A stretch of DNA of 64,000 bases from an uncultured Trueperaceae bacterium (lineage in GTDB: Bacteria > Deinococcota > Deinococci > Deinococcales > Trueperaceae), in assembly GCA_963799485.1 (NCBI GenBank), contig CAWCXJ010000007.1, positions 96,001 to 160,000 on the forward strand. Reading direction: 5' to 3'. A program made the position numbers and the translations under genes. The notes below the pieces were generated by a model. The model made no database searches. It saw only the letters and a list, made by a program, of their open reading frames with translations, and was not told the DNA's origin. Of this stretch, positions 39,562 to 48,914 are shown piece after piece. Numbering within the stretch: the first letter of the stretch is position 1; each line of letters starts with the position of its first letter.

Positions 39562-41028
39562 ATGCTAGTGGACGTATCTACACTCGGACTCGATGTCGGC
39601 ACGACCGGCTGCAAGGTCGTCGCGCTCAGCCCTGCCGGAAAGGTTTTGCGGGTCGAGTCGGCAACCTATCCCCTCTTGACCGACGCGTCCGGACGGGCCG
39701 AACAAGACCTAGACGCGATTTGGGCGGCGGTCTGCCGGAGTTTACGGGGCGTCTCCGAGTTTTTACGGGGTTCGGGGCTAAAGCCTGCGGGACTTTCGCT
39801 GAGCGGCGCGATGCACAGCATTTTGCCGCTCGGCGCGCACGCACAACCGCTGGGGAACGCCGTGACCTGGGCGGACAGTCGCGCCGAGGAACTCGTGATA
39901 GAAAGCGCTGGAGGCATCTACGAGCGGACGGGGTGCCCACTCGAGACGCCCTACCACCCGGCGCGGCTGCGCTGGCTTAAAGAAACGCAACCGGAACTGT
40001 TCGCGCGTACCCGCACCTTCATCTCGATTAAAGATTACGTCGCGTACCGGCTGACCGGAACCCTCGCCACCGACATCGGGATGGCCTCGACGACGGGATT
40101 ATTGGATATTTACAAGGCGAGCTGGCATGAGGGGGCGCTCGAGCTGGCCGGGATTACCGCAGACGTACTGCCCGAACTCGTTTCGCCTACCGCGCAGCTC
40201 GGCACGTTGACGCCTGAAGCAGTGGCGGCAACCGGACTCCCTGCCGGAACTCCCGTCTTTGCCGGGACGAGCGACGGCGGGCTGGCGAATCTGGGCTCAG
40301 GCGTCGCTCGGCCCGGGGAAACAGTCGTTACGGTCGGAACAAGCGGCGCGGTGCGGCAAGCTGCCGATACGCCGCAACTCGGCTCCGAAGGGTTGACCTG
40401 GTGTTATCTACTTTCTGAAAACCGTTATTTTGCGGGTGGGGCCATCAACAACGGCGGGTTGGCGCTCGAGTGGCTCCGCGCCACTCTGTACAGCGAATTC
40501 CCCAAACGCGAGGGTTTTAAGCAACTTCTCAGGAACGCAGCCGAGGCAGCGCCGAGTGACATTATCTGTTTGCCGTATTTGACGGGCGAACGCACGCCGC
40601 ACTGGGACGCTTCGCTCCGCGGGGCCATGTTCGGCGTCGGTAAATCTCACACCAGGGCCGACCTTGCACGCGCGGGGCTCGAGGGCGTCGCCTTTTGTCT
40701 CGCAGACGTGTACAGCCTGCTCCGGCCCAACGCGCAACCCGTACAGCTGACCGGCGGCGTGACCCGCTCCCCCTTTTGGGCGCAGCTTATCACCGACACG
40801 CTCGGCGCAAAGACCGAACTCAACCGCGTCGCCGACGCTTCGGCTATCGGCGCGGCGCTGCTCGCGCAGATTGCGCTCGGCTGGGCGACGTTTGAAGGTG
40901 CAGCTAGAGTTGCTTCAGTCGGGGAACGTACCCTGCTGACACCCGACCCTGAAAAACACACTGCGTTAAACGAAAAACGGCGACGCGCGCACGCTTTGCT
41001 GGCGGCGACTCGAGGGCTTGGTGATTGA
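39562..41028 (+). CDS. FGGY kinase, gluconokinase-like
   Basis: GLDVGTTGCK, SGAMHS, DGGLANLG, GTSGAVR and PYLTGER. Confidence 0.82.
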   Translation: MLVDVSTLGLDVGTTGCKVVALSPAGKVLRVESATYPLLTDASGRAEQDLDAIWAAVCRSLRGVSEFLRGSGLKPAGLSLSGAMHSILPLGAHAQPLGNAVTWADSRAEELVIESAGGIYERTGCPLETPYHPARLRWLKETQPELFARTRTFISIKDYVAYRLTGTLATDIGMASTTGLLDIYKASWHEGALELAGITADVLPELVSPTAQLGTLTPEAVAATGLPAGTPVFAGTSDGGLANLGSGVARPGETVVTVGTSGAVRQAADTPQLGSEGLTWCYLLSENRYFAGGAINNGGLALEWLRATLYSEFPKREGFKQLLRNAAEAAPSDIICLPYLTGERTPHWDASLRGAMFGVGKSHTRADLARAGLEGVAFCLADVYSLLRPNAQPVQLTGGVTRSPFWAQLITDTLGAKTELNRVADASAIGAALLAQIALGWATFEGAARVASVGERTLLTPDPEKHTALNEKRRRAHALLAATRGLGD

Positions 41029-41229
41029 GCGACCTTTCCAAAAAGCGTTTTGAGCTTGTGTGAAGCTATTTCTTTACGCTTCGTGAACTCAGGCACAGCT
41101 TGCTTTCGCTTGCTACCTGCTGCTTGTCCCCGACTCACCCGTACGCCGAGAATTTCACAATCCGTAAAGACCCCCGCAGATGCCAAACTTTACCCAAACG
41201 TTCGCGTTTGACCCGGTTAGAGTAGAGCC

Positions 41230-41391
41230 ATGAAAGACCTCTCCCCCAACGCCCTCCTCTGGTGGTGGTCGCTTCCGGAAAAGCAGCAGCTCGAGATCGA
41301 AGTCAGCTGCTTGGAAGAAGCCGTCGATCTCACCGACATCATCTACCTCTTGTCGGGACAAGTCTTCGCCGACCTGCAGCCCAACGACTAA
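41230..41391 (+). CDS. Small 53-aa hypothetical protein, probably leaderless
   Basis: TAGAGT-6 nt-ATG, encoding MKDLSPNALLWWWSLPEKQQLEIEVSCLEEAVDLTDIIYLLSGQVFADLQPND. Host-like codon usage. Confidence 0.5.
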   Translation: MKDLSPNALLWWWSLPEKQQLEIEVSCLEEAVDLTDIIYLLSGQVFADLQPND

Positions 41392-41403
41392 CCGGCTGGC
41401 AAG

Positions 41404-41652
41404 TTAGGTGAGGTGTACGCTCTGGATACCGGTATCGGGCTCGAGGCCCGGCACAGGCGCTAGATAGTCGCTCGCATAGAGGTAGAGCGCGACGCCGCCC
41501 ACGACGAGACACACGACGGTAAAGATAATGCCGCCCGTCCGGTCCAAGTCGGCGCGTTCGGTCGGCGTTTTGTCGCGGGTTCTAAACGCCCGCAAAACCC
41601 AAAAGACCCCGAGGACCGCCAGTGCAAAAGAGATAAGGGAGAGAAAAAGCAT
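41404..41652 (-). CDS. Small two-TM membrane protein
   Basis: Two hydrophobic helices, with TATACT 8 nt before the ATG. Confidence 0.65.
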   Translation of the reverse strand: MLFLSLISFALAVLGVFWVLRAFRTRDKTPTERADLDRTGGIIFTVVCLVVGGVALYLYASDYLAPVPGLEPDTGIQSVHLT

Positions 41653-41783
41653 AACGCCTCAGTATAGCCCGGCAGAACGCCGGTTCAGCCGCGCAGACCG
41701 CAATCTCAGGGGGTTTGCCTCAAAACACGTATGCGTCGCCGGGCAGCACGGTACGGTCGCGCTCAACCCTTATACTTGGAAGT

Positions 41784-43106
41784 ATGCACAGAACGTATGG
41801 AGGCTTGGGTAAATGGATACCAAGCTTCATTGGGCTGACAATCTTTTTGATGTGGGGAGCAGCGCAGGCGCAGCGCCCGGTGTGGGTCGTGCCGATTGAA
41901 GGCGTCATCTCCTCGGCAACCGCGCAGTTTGTCGAGGCGCGGCTTCAGGAGGCCGCCGCCGAGCAACCTTTAGCCGTGGTTTTTGAAATCGACACACCCG
42001 GCGGCAGCGTCGCCGCCGCTGAACAGATCGCCAACAGCATCTTGAACGCCCCCGTGCCGACGATTGCGGTGGCAAATCAGGCGCTGAGTGCAGGCGCACT
42101 GATTGCCATGAGCGCCGAGCAGCTCGCCATGCTCCCCGGCGGCACCATCGGCGCGGCAACGGCGATCAACGGTATTACCGGGCAGACCGCTTCAGAGAAG
42201 ATCAATTCAGCGTGGCGCGGGCAGTTTCGCAGCGTCGCCGAGGCGCGAAACCGCAACGCCCGCGTCGCTGAAGGGATGGTCTCGGAGCGTATCGAGGTGC
42301 CGGGGCTTTCGACGAACCAAGAACTCATCACGCTGACGGCGGCGCAGGCAGTCGAATACAACATCGCCAATTTGCGGGCCGACAGCCTGCGGGCTGCGCT
42401 TAACGAACTGGGCTACGGGGACGTGGCGCTAGAAAGACGCGAGCCCAGTCCCTGGGAACGTTTTGCCGGAGCCTTGACCAACCCGCTCTTCGCCGCAGTT
42501 TTGCTCGCCGTCGGCGTCATCGGCGTGGCAGTTGAAATCTTTACGCCGGGGTTCGGGATTCCGGGCAGCGTCGGAATCGTGGCGCTGCTGCTCTTTTTTG
42601 CCGGGTCGTTTGCCGCGAGTCCGCCGGGCATCGTCGACGTGGCGCTGATTCTGGGCGGGGTTGTTTTAGTCGCCGTGGAGCTGTTCGTCATCCCCGGTTT
42701 CGGCGTCGCCGGGGTGCTGGGTTTTGCGGCGCTGGCGTGGGGTATCGCCCGCATCTTTCAGGGCAACACACTCACCATGCTCGGCTACACCACGCTTATC
42801 GGTGCGGCGCTCGTAGGTTTGGCCCTGTGGCTCTTGCCCAACTCGAGGCTGATGCGCCCCCTCACGCTCTCGGCGCGGCTCTCGGGTTCGCCTAAAGAAG
42901 AAACGCTCCTCGTCCCGCAGTCTCCTCACGAACTGCTCGGACAGACCGGCACCGCGCTCACCGACCTGCGTCCGGCAGGGACGGTTCAAATCGACAAACT
43001 GCGTATCGACGTGGTGACCGAAGGCGGTTATATCGCCCGTGGCAGTGACGTCGAGGTCGTCCGCGTCGAAGGCAACCGCGTTACGGTGCGCGAGTTGAGT
43101 GCTTGA
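41784..43106 (+). CDS. nfeD: Long NfeD membrane-bound serine protease (YqeZ-like)
   Basis: ClpP-like IDTPGG and SAGALIA, a TM domain, and a C-terminal OB fold TDLRPAG. ATG 41784 follows TATACT. Confidence 0.9.
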   Translation: MHRTYGGLGKWIPSFIGLTIFLMWGAAQAQRPVWVVPIEGVISSATAQFVEARLQEAAAEQPLAVVFEIDTPGGSVAAAEQIANSILNAPVPTIAVANQALSAGALIAMSAEQLAMLPGGTIGAATAINGITGQTASEKINSAWRGQFRSVAEARNRNARVAEGMVSERIEVPGLSTNQELITLTAAQAVEYNIANLRADSLRAALNELGYGDVALERREPSPWERFAGALTNPLFAAVLLAVGVIGVAVEIFTPGFGIPGSVGIVALLLFFAGSFAASPPGIVDVALILGGVVLVAVELFVIPGFGVAGVLGFAALAWGIARIFQGNTLTMLGYTTLIGAALVGLALWLLPNSRLMRPLTLSARLSGSPKEETLLVPQSPHELLGQTGTALTDLRPAGTVQIDKLRIDVVTEGGYIARGSDVEVVRVEGNRVTVRELSA

Positions 43107-43215
43107 ACCCCGTGGCGCTTTACTTTTGCAGCGCCAGCCGCTATCTTGCGTTTATCTTGACTCAAACCCTGCTTGGCAAAACCGTTACAAAAACGGTATC
43201 TAAAGGAGTTTATCT

Positions 43216-44190
43216 GTGGATTTAAGTGTCATCATCATCGCCGCAATCGTCGTCGTCTTTTTTATCATCTTGTTTTCGTTCGTGCCTATCGGATTGTGGA
43301 TTTCGGCGATTTCGGCGGGCGTGCGCGTCAGCCTCACAAGCCTCGTAGCGATGAGACTCCGGCGTGTGCCACCTCACCGCATCATCTTGCCGCTGATTAA
43401 GGCCGACAAAGCCGGCATCGACGTAACGCAAGATTTGCTCGAGGCGCACTTTCTCGCCGGGGGTAACGTCGACAGAGTCGTCGACGCGCTGATTGCTGCC
43501 GACAAAGCCAAAATCGGTCTTCCTTTCGACCGCGCCGCCGCCATCGACTTAGCCGGTCGTGACGTGTTAGACGCCGTAAAAGTCTCGGTGAACCCACGCG
43601 TGATTCAAACACCGTCGGTTGCCGCCGTCGCCAAGGACGGGATTCAGCTCATCTCGACCGCCCGCGTCACGGTGCGGGCAAACCTGGAGCGACTCGTTGG
43701 GGGCGCCGGTGAAGAGACGATTATCGCCCGCGTCGGTGAGGGCATCGTCTCATCGATTGGTTCGTCGGCAAGTCACAAAACCGTGCTGGAAAACCCCGAT
43801 GTGATCTCTAAAACGGTGCTCGCCAAAGGTCTCGATTCGGGCACCGCCTTTGAAATCTTGTCCATCGACATCGCCGACGTCGACGTCGGTAAAAACATCG
43901 GCGCAATTTTGCAAACCGACCAGGCCGAGGCCGACAAGAGCGTCGCCCAGGCGAAAGCCGAGGAGCGCCGTGCGATGGCGGTCGCCGCCGAGCAGGAAAA
44001 CCGCGCCAAAGTCGAAGAGATGCGCGCCAAAGTGGTTGAATCCGAGGCCGAGGTGCCGCGAGCCCTCGCTGAAGCGTTCCGCAGTGGCAATTTCGGCGTG
44101 ATGGACTACTACAACCTGCAAAACCTCCAGTCCGACACGCAGATGCGCGGCAACATCGCCCGCGCGACCAACGACGGCGACGGAAGCTAA
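43216..44190 (+). CDS. floA: Flotillin-like protein FloA (YqfA)
   Basis: [41 protein letters not shown] and GVMDYYN. Confidence 0.95.
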   Translation: MDLSVIIIAAIVVVFFIILFSFVPIGLWISAISAGVRVSLTSLVAMRLRRVPPHRIILPLIKADKAGIDVTQDLLEAHFLAGGNVDRVVDALIAADKAKIGLPFDRAAAIDLAGRDVLDAVKVSVNPRVIQTPSVAAVAKDGIQLISTARVTVRANLERLVGGAGEETIIARVGEGIVSSIGSSASHKTVLENPDVISKTVLAKGLDSGTAFEILSIDIADVDVGKNIGAILQTDQAEADKSVAQAKAEERRAMAVAAEQENRAKVEEMRAKVVESEAEVPRALAEAFRSGNFGVMDYYNLQNLQSDTQMRGNIARATNDGDGS

Positions 44191-44193
44191 ACG

Positions 44194-44814
44194 TTGAACA
44201 TCCCCTTCGAACTCATCTTTATCGTGCTGTTTTTCGTGCTGCCCGCGCTCAGCGGTGTGATGCGGCGCGTTCAGGGGCGGGGGCAGCAGCGCCCTCCAAC
44301 CCAAACACGGTCTACCACGCCCCGCGCCGGTAGCTCCGGCCCATCAGCGAATACGGACGCCGATACGCGGACGGACATTCCGCGCTGGCTCGAGGAGGCG
44401 CAGCGCCGGGTACGCGAAGCGCAGCAGGGTGAGGCCGACCAGCGGGGCAGGCGCGGGCAAGCAACTAAACCTTCACCCAAACCTCAAGCCAGGCCGCTGG
44501 TCCAGCCCCGCCCAGCCGTTACGCGTCCGCAACAAGCGCGTCCGGCAGTCACTCAGCCGAAACCGACGAGTCTCGAGGATTACCGCCCCAATCCCGTCAG
44601 TTTGGAGCAAACCTCCGCGTCGACGCGCCAACCGGCGACAACGCCTGCACCGCCCCTGCGTGTCCAACGTCTCGGCGGCCGAAAAAGTACTACACTGGGC
44701 TCGTATAAGATGCGGTTTGATGAAGAGACCCTGATGACCGGTTTTATCTGGCACCAAATCCTCTCACCGCCGCTCTCCAAAAGGAGGAACGCTCAATCGC
44801 AACGTCAACGCTGA
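44194..44814 (+). CDS. YqfB-like membrane-anchored, largely disordered protein
   Basis: N-terminal TM, Pro/Arg/Gln-rich middle and C-terminal GFIWHQILSPPLSKR. Follows floA. Confidence 0.7.
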   Translation: MNIPFELIFIVLFFVLPALSGVMRRVQGRGQQRPPTQTRSTTPRAGSSGPSANTDADTRTDIPRWLEEAQRRVREAQQGEADQRGRRGQATKPSPKPQARPLVQPRPAVTRPQQARPAVTQPKPTSLEDYRPNPVSLEQTSASTRQPATTPAPPLRVQRLGGRKSTTLGSYKMRFDEETLMTGFIWHQILSPPLSKRRNAQSQRQR

Positions 44815-45740
44815 AGTTACGCTCGCCCGCCGAGGCTATCTCGCTGTTCGGGCAAAACGATGAAAATCTCAAACTTTTACGGCATAAACTGAGCGCCAAG
44901 GTTGTGGCCAGGGGCGACGAACTCCGGCTTTCCGGCGATGACCGTGACGTAGCCGAGGCCGAGCGCACCTTTGCCTCACTGCTAAGCAGCATTCGGCGCG
45001 GCGAAGCGCTCAGCTTAACCGAATTGACACACCTAAGCGCCGAAGCCCTAAGCAACCCCGCCCCGGTTGAACCGGTGACGCAGGGCGCAGCCGAACGGCT
45101 CCCGCGCCGCGCCCGCCCCAAAACGGCGGGGCAGCGCCGTTACGTTTCCGCTATCGAGCACAGTGAAATTACTTTCGGCATCGGCCCGGCAGGAACGGGC
45201 AAAACGTATCTGGCCGTAGCGATGGCGGTGCAGGCGCTGAAAGACAAACGCGTCAAACGTATCGTCCTGACGCGTCCTGCTGTCGAAGCAGGCGAACGGT
45301 TGGGATTTTTACCAGGAGACTTGCAGGCTAAAATCGATCCTTACCTGCGCCCCTTGTACGACGCGCTTTACGACATGTTAGACGGTGACAAGGGCGAGTT
45401 GCTGTTTCAAAACGGCACCATCGAGGTCGCGCCGCTGGCGTTTATGCGGGGCCGCACCCTAAACGACGCCTTTATCATTCTGGACGAGGCGCAAAACACC
45501 ACGCCCGAACAGATGAAGATGTTTCTGACGCGGATGGGCTTTAACAGCCGGGTGGTCGTTACGGGCGACATCACCCAGACCGACCTGCCGCAAAACATGA
45601 CGAGCGGCCTCAAGGTCGGTGAGCGCATCTTAAAAGACATCGAAGGCATCGACTTCATCTACTTTAACGAGAGCGACGTGGTGCGGCACCCGCTCGTGGC
45701 GCGTATCGTCAAAGCGTATGACAGCTTCCAGGAGCCCTAG
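44796..45740 (+). CDS. phoH: PhoH-family ATPase (probable ATC start)
   Basis: [21 protein letters not shown] and DEAQN. The conserved LFGQNDENL lies upstream of the track's GTG. AGGAGG is 8 nt before an in-frame ATC. Confidence 0.93.
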   Translation: MATSTLKLRSPAEAISLFGQNDENLKLLRHKLSAKVVARGDELRLSGDDRDVAEAERTFASLLSSIRRGEALSLTELTHLSAEALSNPAPVEPVTQGAAERLPRRARPKTAGQRRYVSAIEHSEITFGIGPAGTGKTYLAVAMAVQALKDKRVKRIVLTRPAVEAGERLGFLPGDLQAKIDPYLRPLYDALYDMLDGDKGELLFQNGTIEVAPLAFMRGRTLNDAFIILDEAQNTTPEQMKMFLTRMGFNSRVVVTGDITQTDLPQNMTSGLKVGERILKDIEGIDFIYFNESDVVRHPLVARIVKAYDSFQEP

Positions 45741-47724
45741 AGCCGACCCTAAAACCGAGCTTAGGCTCGGGTGGCGGCGGCGGCGCGAACTTTCACGCAG
45801 ACGTTTCGGGTTGACCGCAGCACTTTTTGCCGTCACCTTAGTGGGCCTTTTTTACAGCGTTTACGGGCTCTATCCGGCTGCGGCGCTCCGGGTCGGTCAG
45901 CCGAGTCCACAGACGTTTGTCGCGCCGCAGCAGCTTTCGGTAATTGACGAAGTGGCGACGGCGCGGGAACGGCAAGCGGCGCGGGGTCAAGTCGGTACCA
46001 TCTACAGCTCGGTACCCCAGCTGCGCGCGCTGATGCTCGAGGAAATCGCCGCTGGCACCCTGCCGGAAAATGTCAAACGCTTTTTAAGAACCGCCTACAA
46101 CCGCCCGGAAGGGGTCAGCGCGCTCACGCTGGGCACCGTGATTCGCAGCGCCGCCGAGCTTACCCCTGAAGCTCAACAATCCCGCGTGGCGCGAGTCCTC
46201 TCCGAAACGCTCCTCGCCAGCGCCGAACCGAACATCCGCCTGACCGAAGCGGCGCGGGAGGCCGCTGCCGGGAGCGTCACCCCCGTGCTGCGCGCTCTTG
46301 CGGCCGGAGAAGTCATCGTCGAACGGGGACAACCCCTGACACAAAATGTTCTCGGCGTCCTCGAGGACACCGGACTCTACAACTCGCGGAGCGAACGGCT
46401 TGCGCAGGGCGTCCGCTTGTGGCTGGTGTGTTCTGTGCTGGCCCTGCTCTTAAGCGCACCCTTGCTCTTTTTTTACACGGCGCTCCGGCGGAGCGTCACC
46501 ATCGGGCAGCTATCGTTTCTGGTCGCGCTCTGGGCCACCGCGCTCATCGCGCAGCGCTTGGCGCTCATCGCCGACAGTCACCTTCTCTTTATCGCCTTTT
46601 TGCCGCTTTTGGGCGCAGTCTTGTTCGGTGAACGTCTGGCCTTCATACTGGCGGTGTGGCTGGCGGTTATCACCGCATTTTTAACACCGGGCACAGGTCT
46701 GGTGACGCTGCTCGTGGTGCTAAGCAGCAGCGTCGTCGCGCTCTTGTTGGCGAAAACCTTTCGGACACGGGCGTCGCTTTTACTCGCCGGGCTTTTGGGC
46801 GGTGTTGCCGGATTTTTAGGGTTTGCCGTTTTTACCGCATTAAGTGGCGGGTTTGAAACGCTCGGGGTGGCAGCCGCGAGCGCCTGGATTTTAGGTGGTG
46901 GCCTCCTAAGCGGGATTCTCGCGCTCGCGGCGCTGCCCTTAGCCGAGAGCAATCTAGGTTTTTTAACCGAATTTCGGCTGTTAGAACTCATGAGCCCGTC
47001 GAACCCGTTGTTGCAAAAACTCCTTTTGGAAGCGCCTGGAACCTATCAGCACAGTCTGATTATCTCGAACCTGGTCGATCAGGCGGTGAGCAACATCGGC
47101 GGCGACGCGCTTTTAGCCCGCGTCGGAGCCTTGTATCACGACGTCGGCAAGCTCAAAAGACCGCAGTTCTTTACTGAAAACCAGTTTGCCGGGGAAAACC
47201 CGCACGACCGCATCTCGCCGCACCTGTCGTACCTGATTATCACCAGCCATGTACGCGACGGGGTTGAACTTTTACGCGAGTACGGCCTACCCGCTACGCT
47301 CGAGCCCTTTGTCAACGAACACCACGGCACGACTGTTTTGGCCTACTTTTATAAACGGGCGCTCGAGGGTTCCGAGAGCGTCAAGGAACTTAGTTTCCGT
47401 TACGCGGGGCCGCGCCCGCAGAGCAAGGAGACGGCGGTGCTGATGCTTGCCGACGCGGTAGAGTCGGCCTCCCGGACGCTCACCGAACCTTCGCAGGGGA
47501 GCATCCGGGCAATGATCGACCGGCTTTTCGAGGTGCGGCGGCAGGACGATCAGCTCGCCGAGAGCCCGCTCAATTTTCACGATTTGGAAGTTATCGCCAA
47601 CACTTTCGAGCGGATGCTCACCGCGATTCTCCACAGGCGCGTTTCCTACCCCTCTAACGAGGAGATACAGAGGCTCAAACATGATCGAGATACTCGGCGA
47701 AGCCCAGCGCTACCCCTCCCGTAG
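45718..47724 (+). CDS. pgpH: 7TM-HD (HDIG) phosphohydrolase, PgpH-like c-di-AMP phosphodiesterase
   Basis: Extracellular domain, 7 TM, EAPGTYQHS, YHDVGK, EHHGT and LADAVE. Lies between phoH and ybeY. Confidence 0.82.
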   Translation: MTASRSPRADPKTELRLGWRRRRELSRRRFGLTAALFAVTLVGLFYSVYGLYPAAALRVGQPSPQTFVAPQQLSVIDEVATARERQAARGQVGTIYSSVPQLRALMLEEIAAGTLPENVKRFLRTAYNRPEGVSALTLGTVIRSAAELTPEAQQSRVARVLSETLLASAEPNIRLTEAAREAAAGSVTPVLRALAAGEVIVERGQPLTQNVLGVLEDTGLYNSRSERLAQGVRLWLVCSVLALLLSAPLLFFYTALRRSVTIGQLSFLVALWATALIAQRLALIADSHLLFIAFLPLLGAVLFGERLAFILAVWLAVITAFLTPGTGLVTLLVVLSSSVVALLLAKTFRTRASLLLAGLLGGVAGFLGFAVFTALSGGFETLGVAAASAWILGGGLLSGILALAALPLAESNLGFLTEFRLLELMSPSNPLLQKLLLEAPGTYQHSLIISNLVDQAVSNIGGDALLARVGALYHDVGKLKRPQFFTENQFAGENPHDRISPHLSYLIITSHVRDGVELLREYGLPATLEPFVNEHHGTTVLAYFYKRALEGSESVKELSFRYAGPRPQSKETAVLMLADAVESASRTLTEPSQGSIRAMIDRLFEVRRQDDQLAESPLNFHDLEVIANTFERMLTAILHRRVSYPSNEEIQRLKHDRDTRRSPALPLP

Positions 47725-48112
47725 CGCCCTCAAACAAGCGCTTGTGGCGCTCACCACCGAACTCGGCGCCGGCGAAAAACAGCTGACGGTCGTGTTGGTC
47801 GACGACGCGGAGATTCACGCGCTGAACGACGAGCATTTGGGCGTTGACAGCCCGACCGATGTGTTGTCGTTTCCGCTTTTTGAACTCGGTGACGAGGGCT
47901 TTCCCGATGTGCCGCACTTGGGCGATGTAGTCATCAGTTTGGATACCGCGCAGCGCCAGGCCGACGCCGCCGGACATTCGCTTACGACCGAAGTCGCCAC
48001 CCTAGCCGCGCACGGCCTCACGCACTTACTCGGCTACGACCACCCTACGGAGGAGGCATGGGCTACCTTCCGCGCCAACCAAACGCGCATCGTGGCGCTG
48101 CTCTCTCACTAA
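47681..48112 (+). CDS. ybeY: rRNA maturation endoribonuclease YbeY
   Basis: PTDVLSF and HGLTHLLGYDH. Confidence 0.95.
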   Translation: MIEILGEAQRYPSRSALKQALVALTTELGAGEKQLTVVLVDDAEIHALNDEHLGVDSPTDVLSFPLFELGDEGFPDVPHLGDVVISLDTAQRQADAAGHSLTTEVATLAAHGLTHLLGYDHPTEEAWATFRANQTRIVALLSH

Positions 48113-48471
48113 GAAGGCTACGCGCGGCCTTCGGGGTCGCGTTTGCAGGGGTTTACGCGGTGTGGCGAACCAGCGGCAACTTTCGGCTCGAGGTTGCTGT
48201 CGGCAGCTTGGCCCTGCTGCTGAGCCTGTTTCTAAAAACCGGCGTCGTGCCGGTACTTATCTTGTGCGCGCTCGTTTTATCTTTGGAGCTGCTTAACAGC
48301 GGGCTCGAGGCCGCTGTAGACCTCGCCTCACCGGAGCTGCACCCGGTAGCCAAATATGCCAAAGACGCCGGGGCCGGGGCGGTGCTCATAGCTGCGCTCG
48401 TGTCGGTCATCGTCGGCTTGTGGTTGCTCGGGCCGCCTTTGTGGGCGTTCGTGACAAAAATGCTGGCGTGA
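48058..48471 (+). CDS. dgkA: Diacylglycerol/undecaprenol kinase (start uncertain)
   Basis: ELLNSGLEAAVD and AKDAGAGAV. Confidence 0.88.
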   Translation: MGYLPRQPNAHRGAALSLRRLRAAFGVAFAGVYAVWRTSGNFRLEVAVGSLALLLSLFLKTGVVPVLILCALVLSLELLNSGLEAAVDLASPELHPVAKYAKDAGAGAVLIAALVSVIVGLWLLGPPLWAFVTKMLA

Positions 48472-48914
48472 CCTATGCTTTTGAACTTCTTATGTAGCGT
48501 TCGGTAACAGCGGGTGCTTGGAAGTCGTTGGCTTTATTTCACTCGGCAAGCTCTATCTCCAGAGTGTTTGGCATCAACGTTAGGTTTGGCGAGCACGGCT
48601 CCGAGCTCGAGTTTTGACCAAGCAGAAGCGGTCGGCCGCTACCGTTATACAGACCACATAAGGCTTTCTTTAGGGTGACGCGTCTTGAGAGAACATGCAT
48701 CAACCTAATGCCGCGCAGTGCCTATTTGTGGCAAACACGCGCCCAGCACGGGATGAGCAAAACCTACGCAAATGGTAGCAAGGACTGCGCTACCAAAACA
48801 GTTTGGTGGCGCAAAATCGGGGTACCTTGCAGTAAAGGTTTCGTTGGTCGCGCCCCTTAGTGTGCTACAGACGTCTTTGGCGCGCCTACAGCCGCAAAAA
48901 GTGGGAGGGACGAT

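Noticed and set aside
48540..48700. Minus-strand ORF ending NTLEIELAE, faintly like an EAL-domain fragment
   Set aside because: The match is too short to support a call; BLASTX would be needed.
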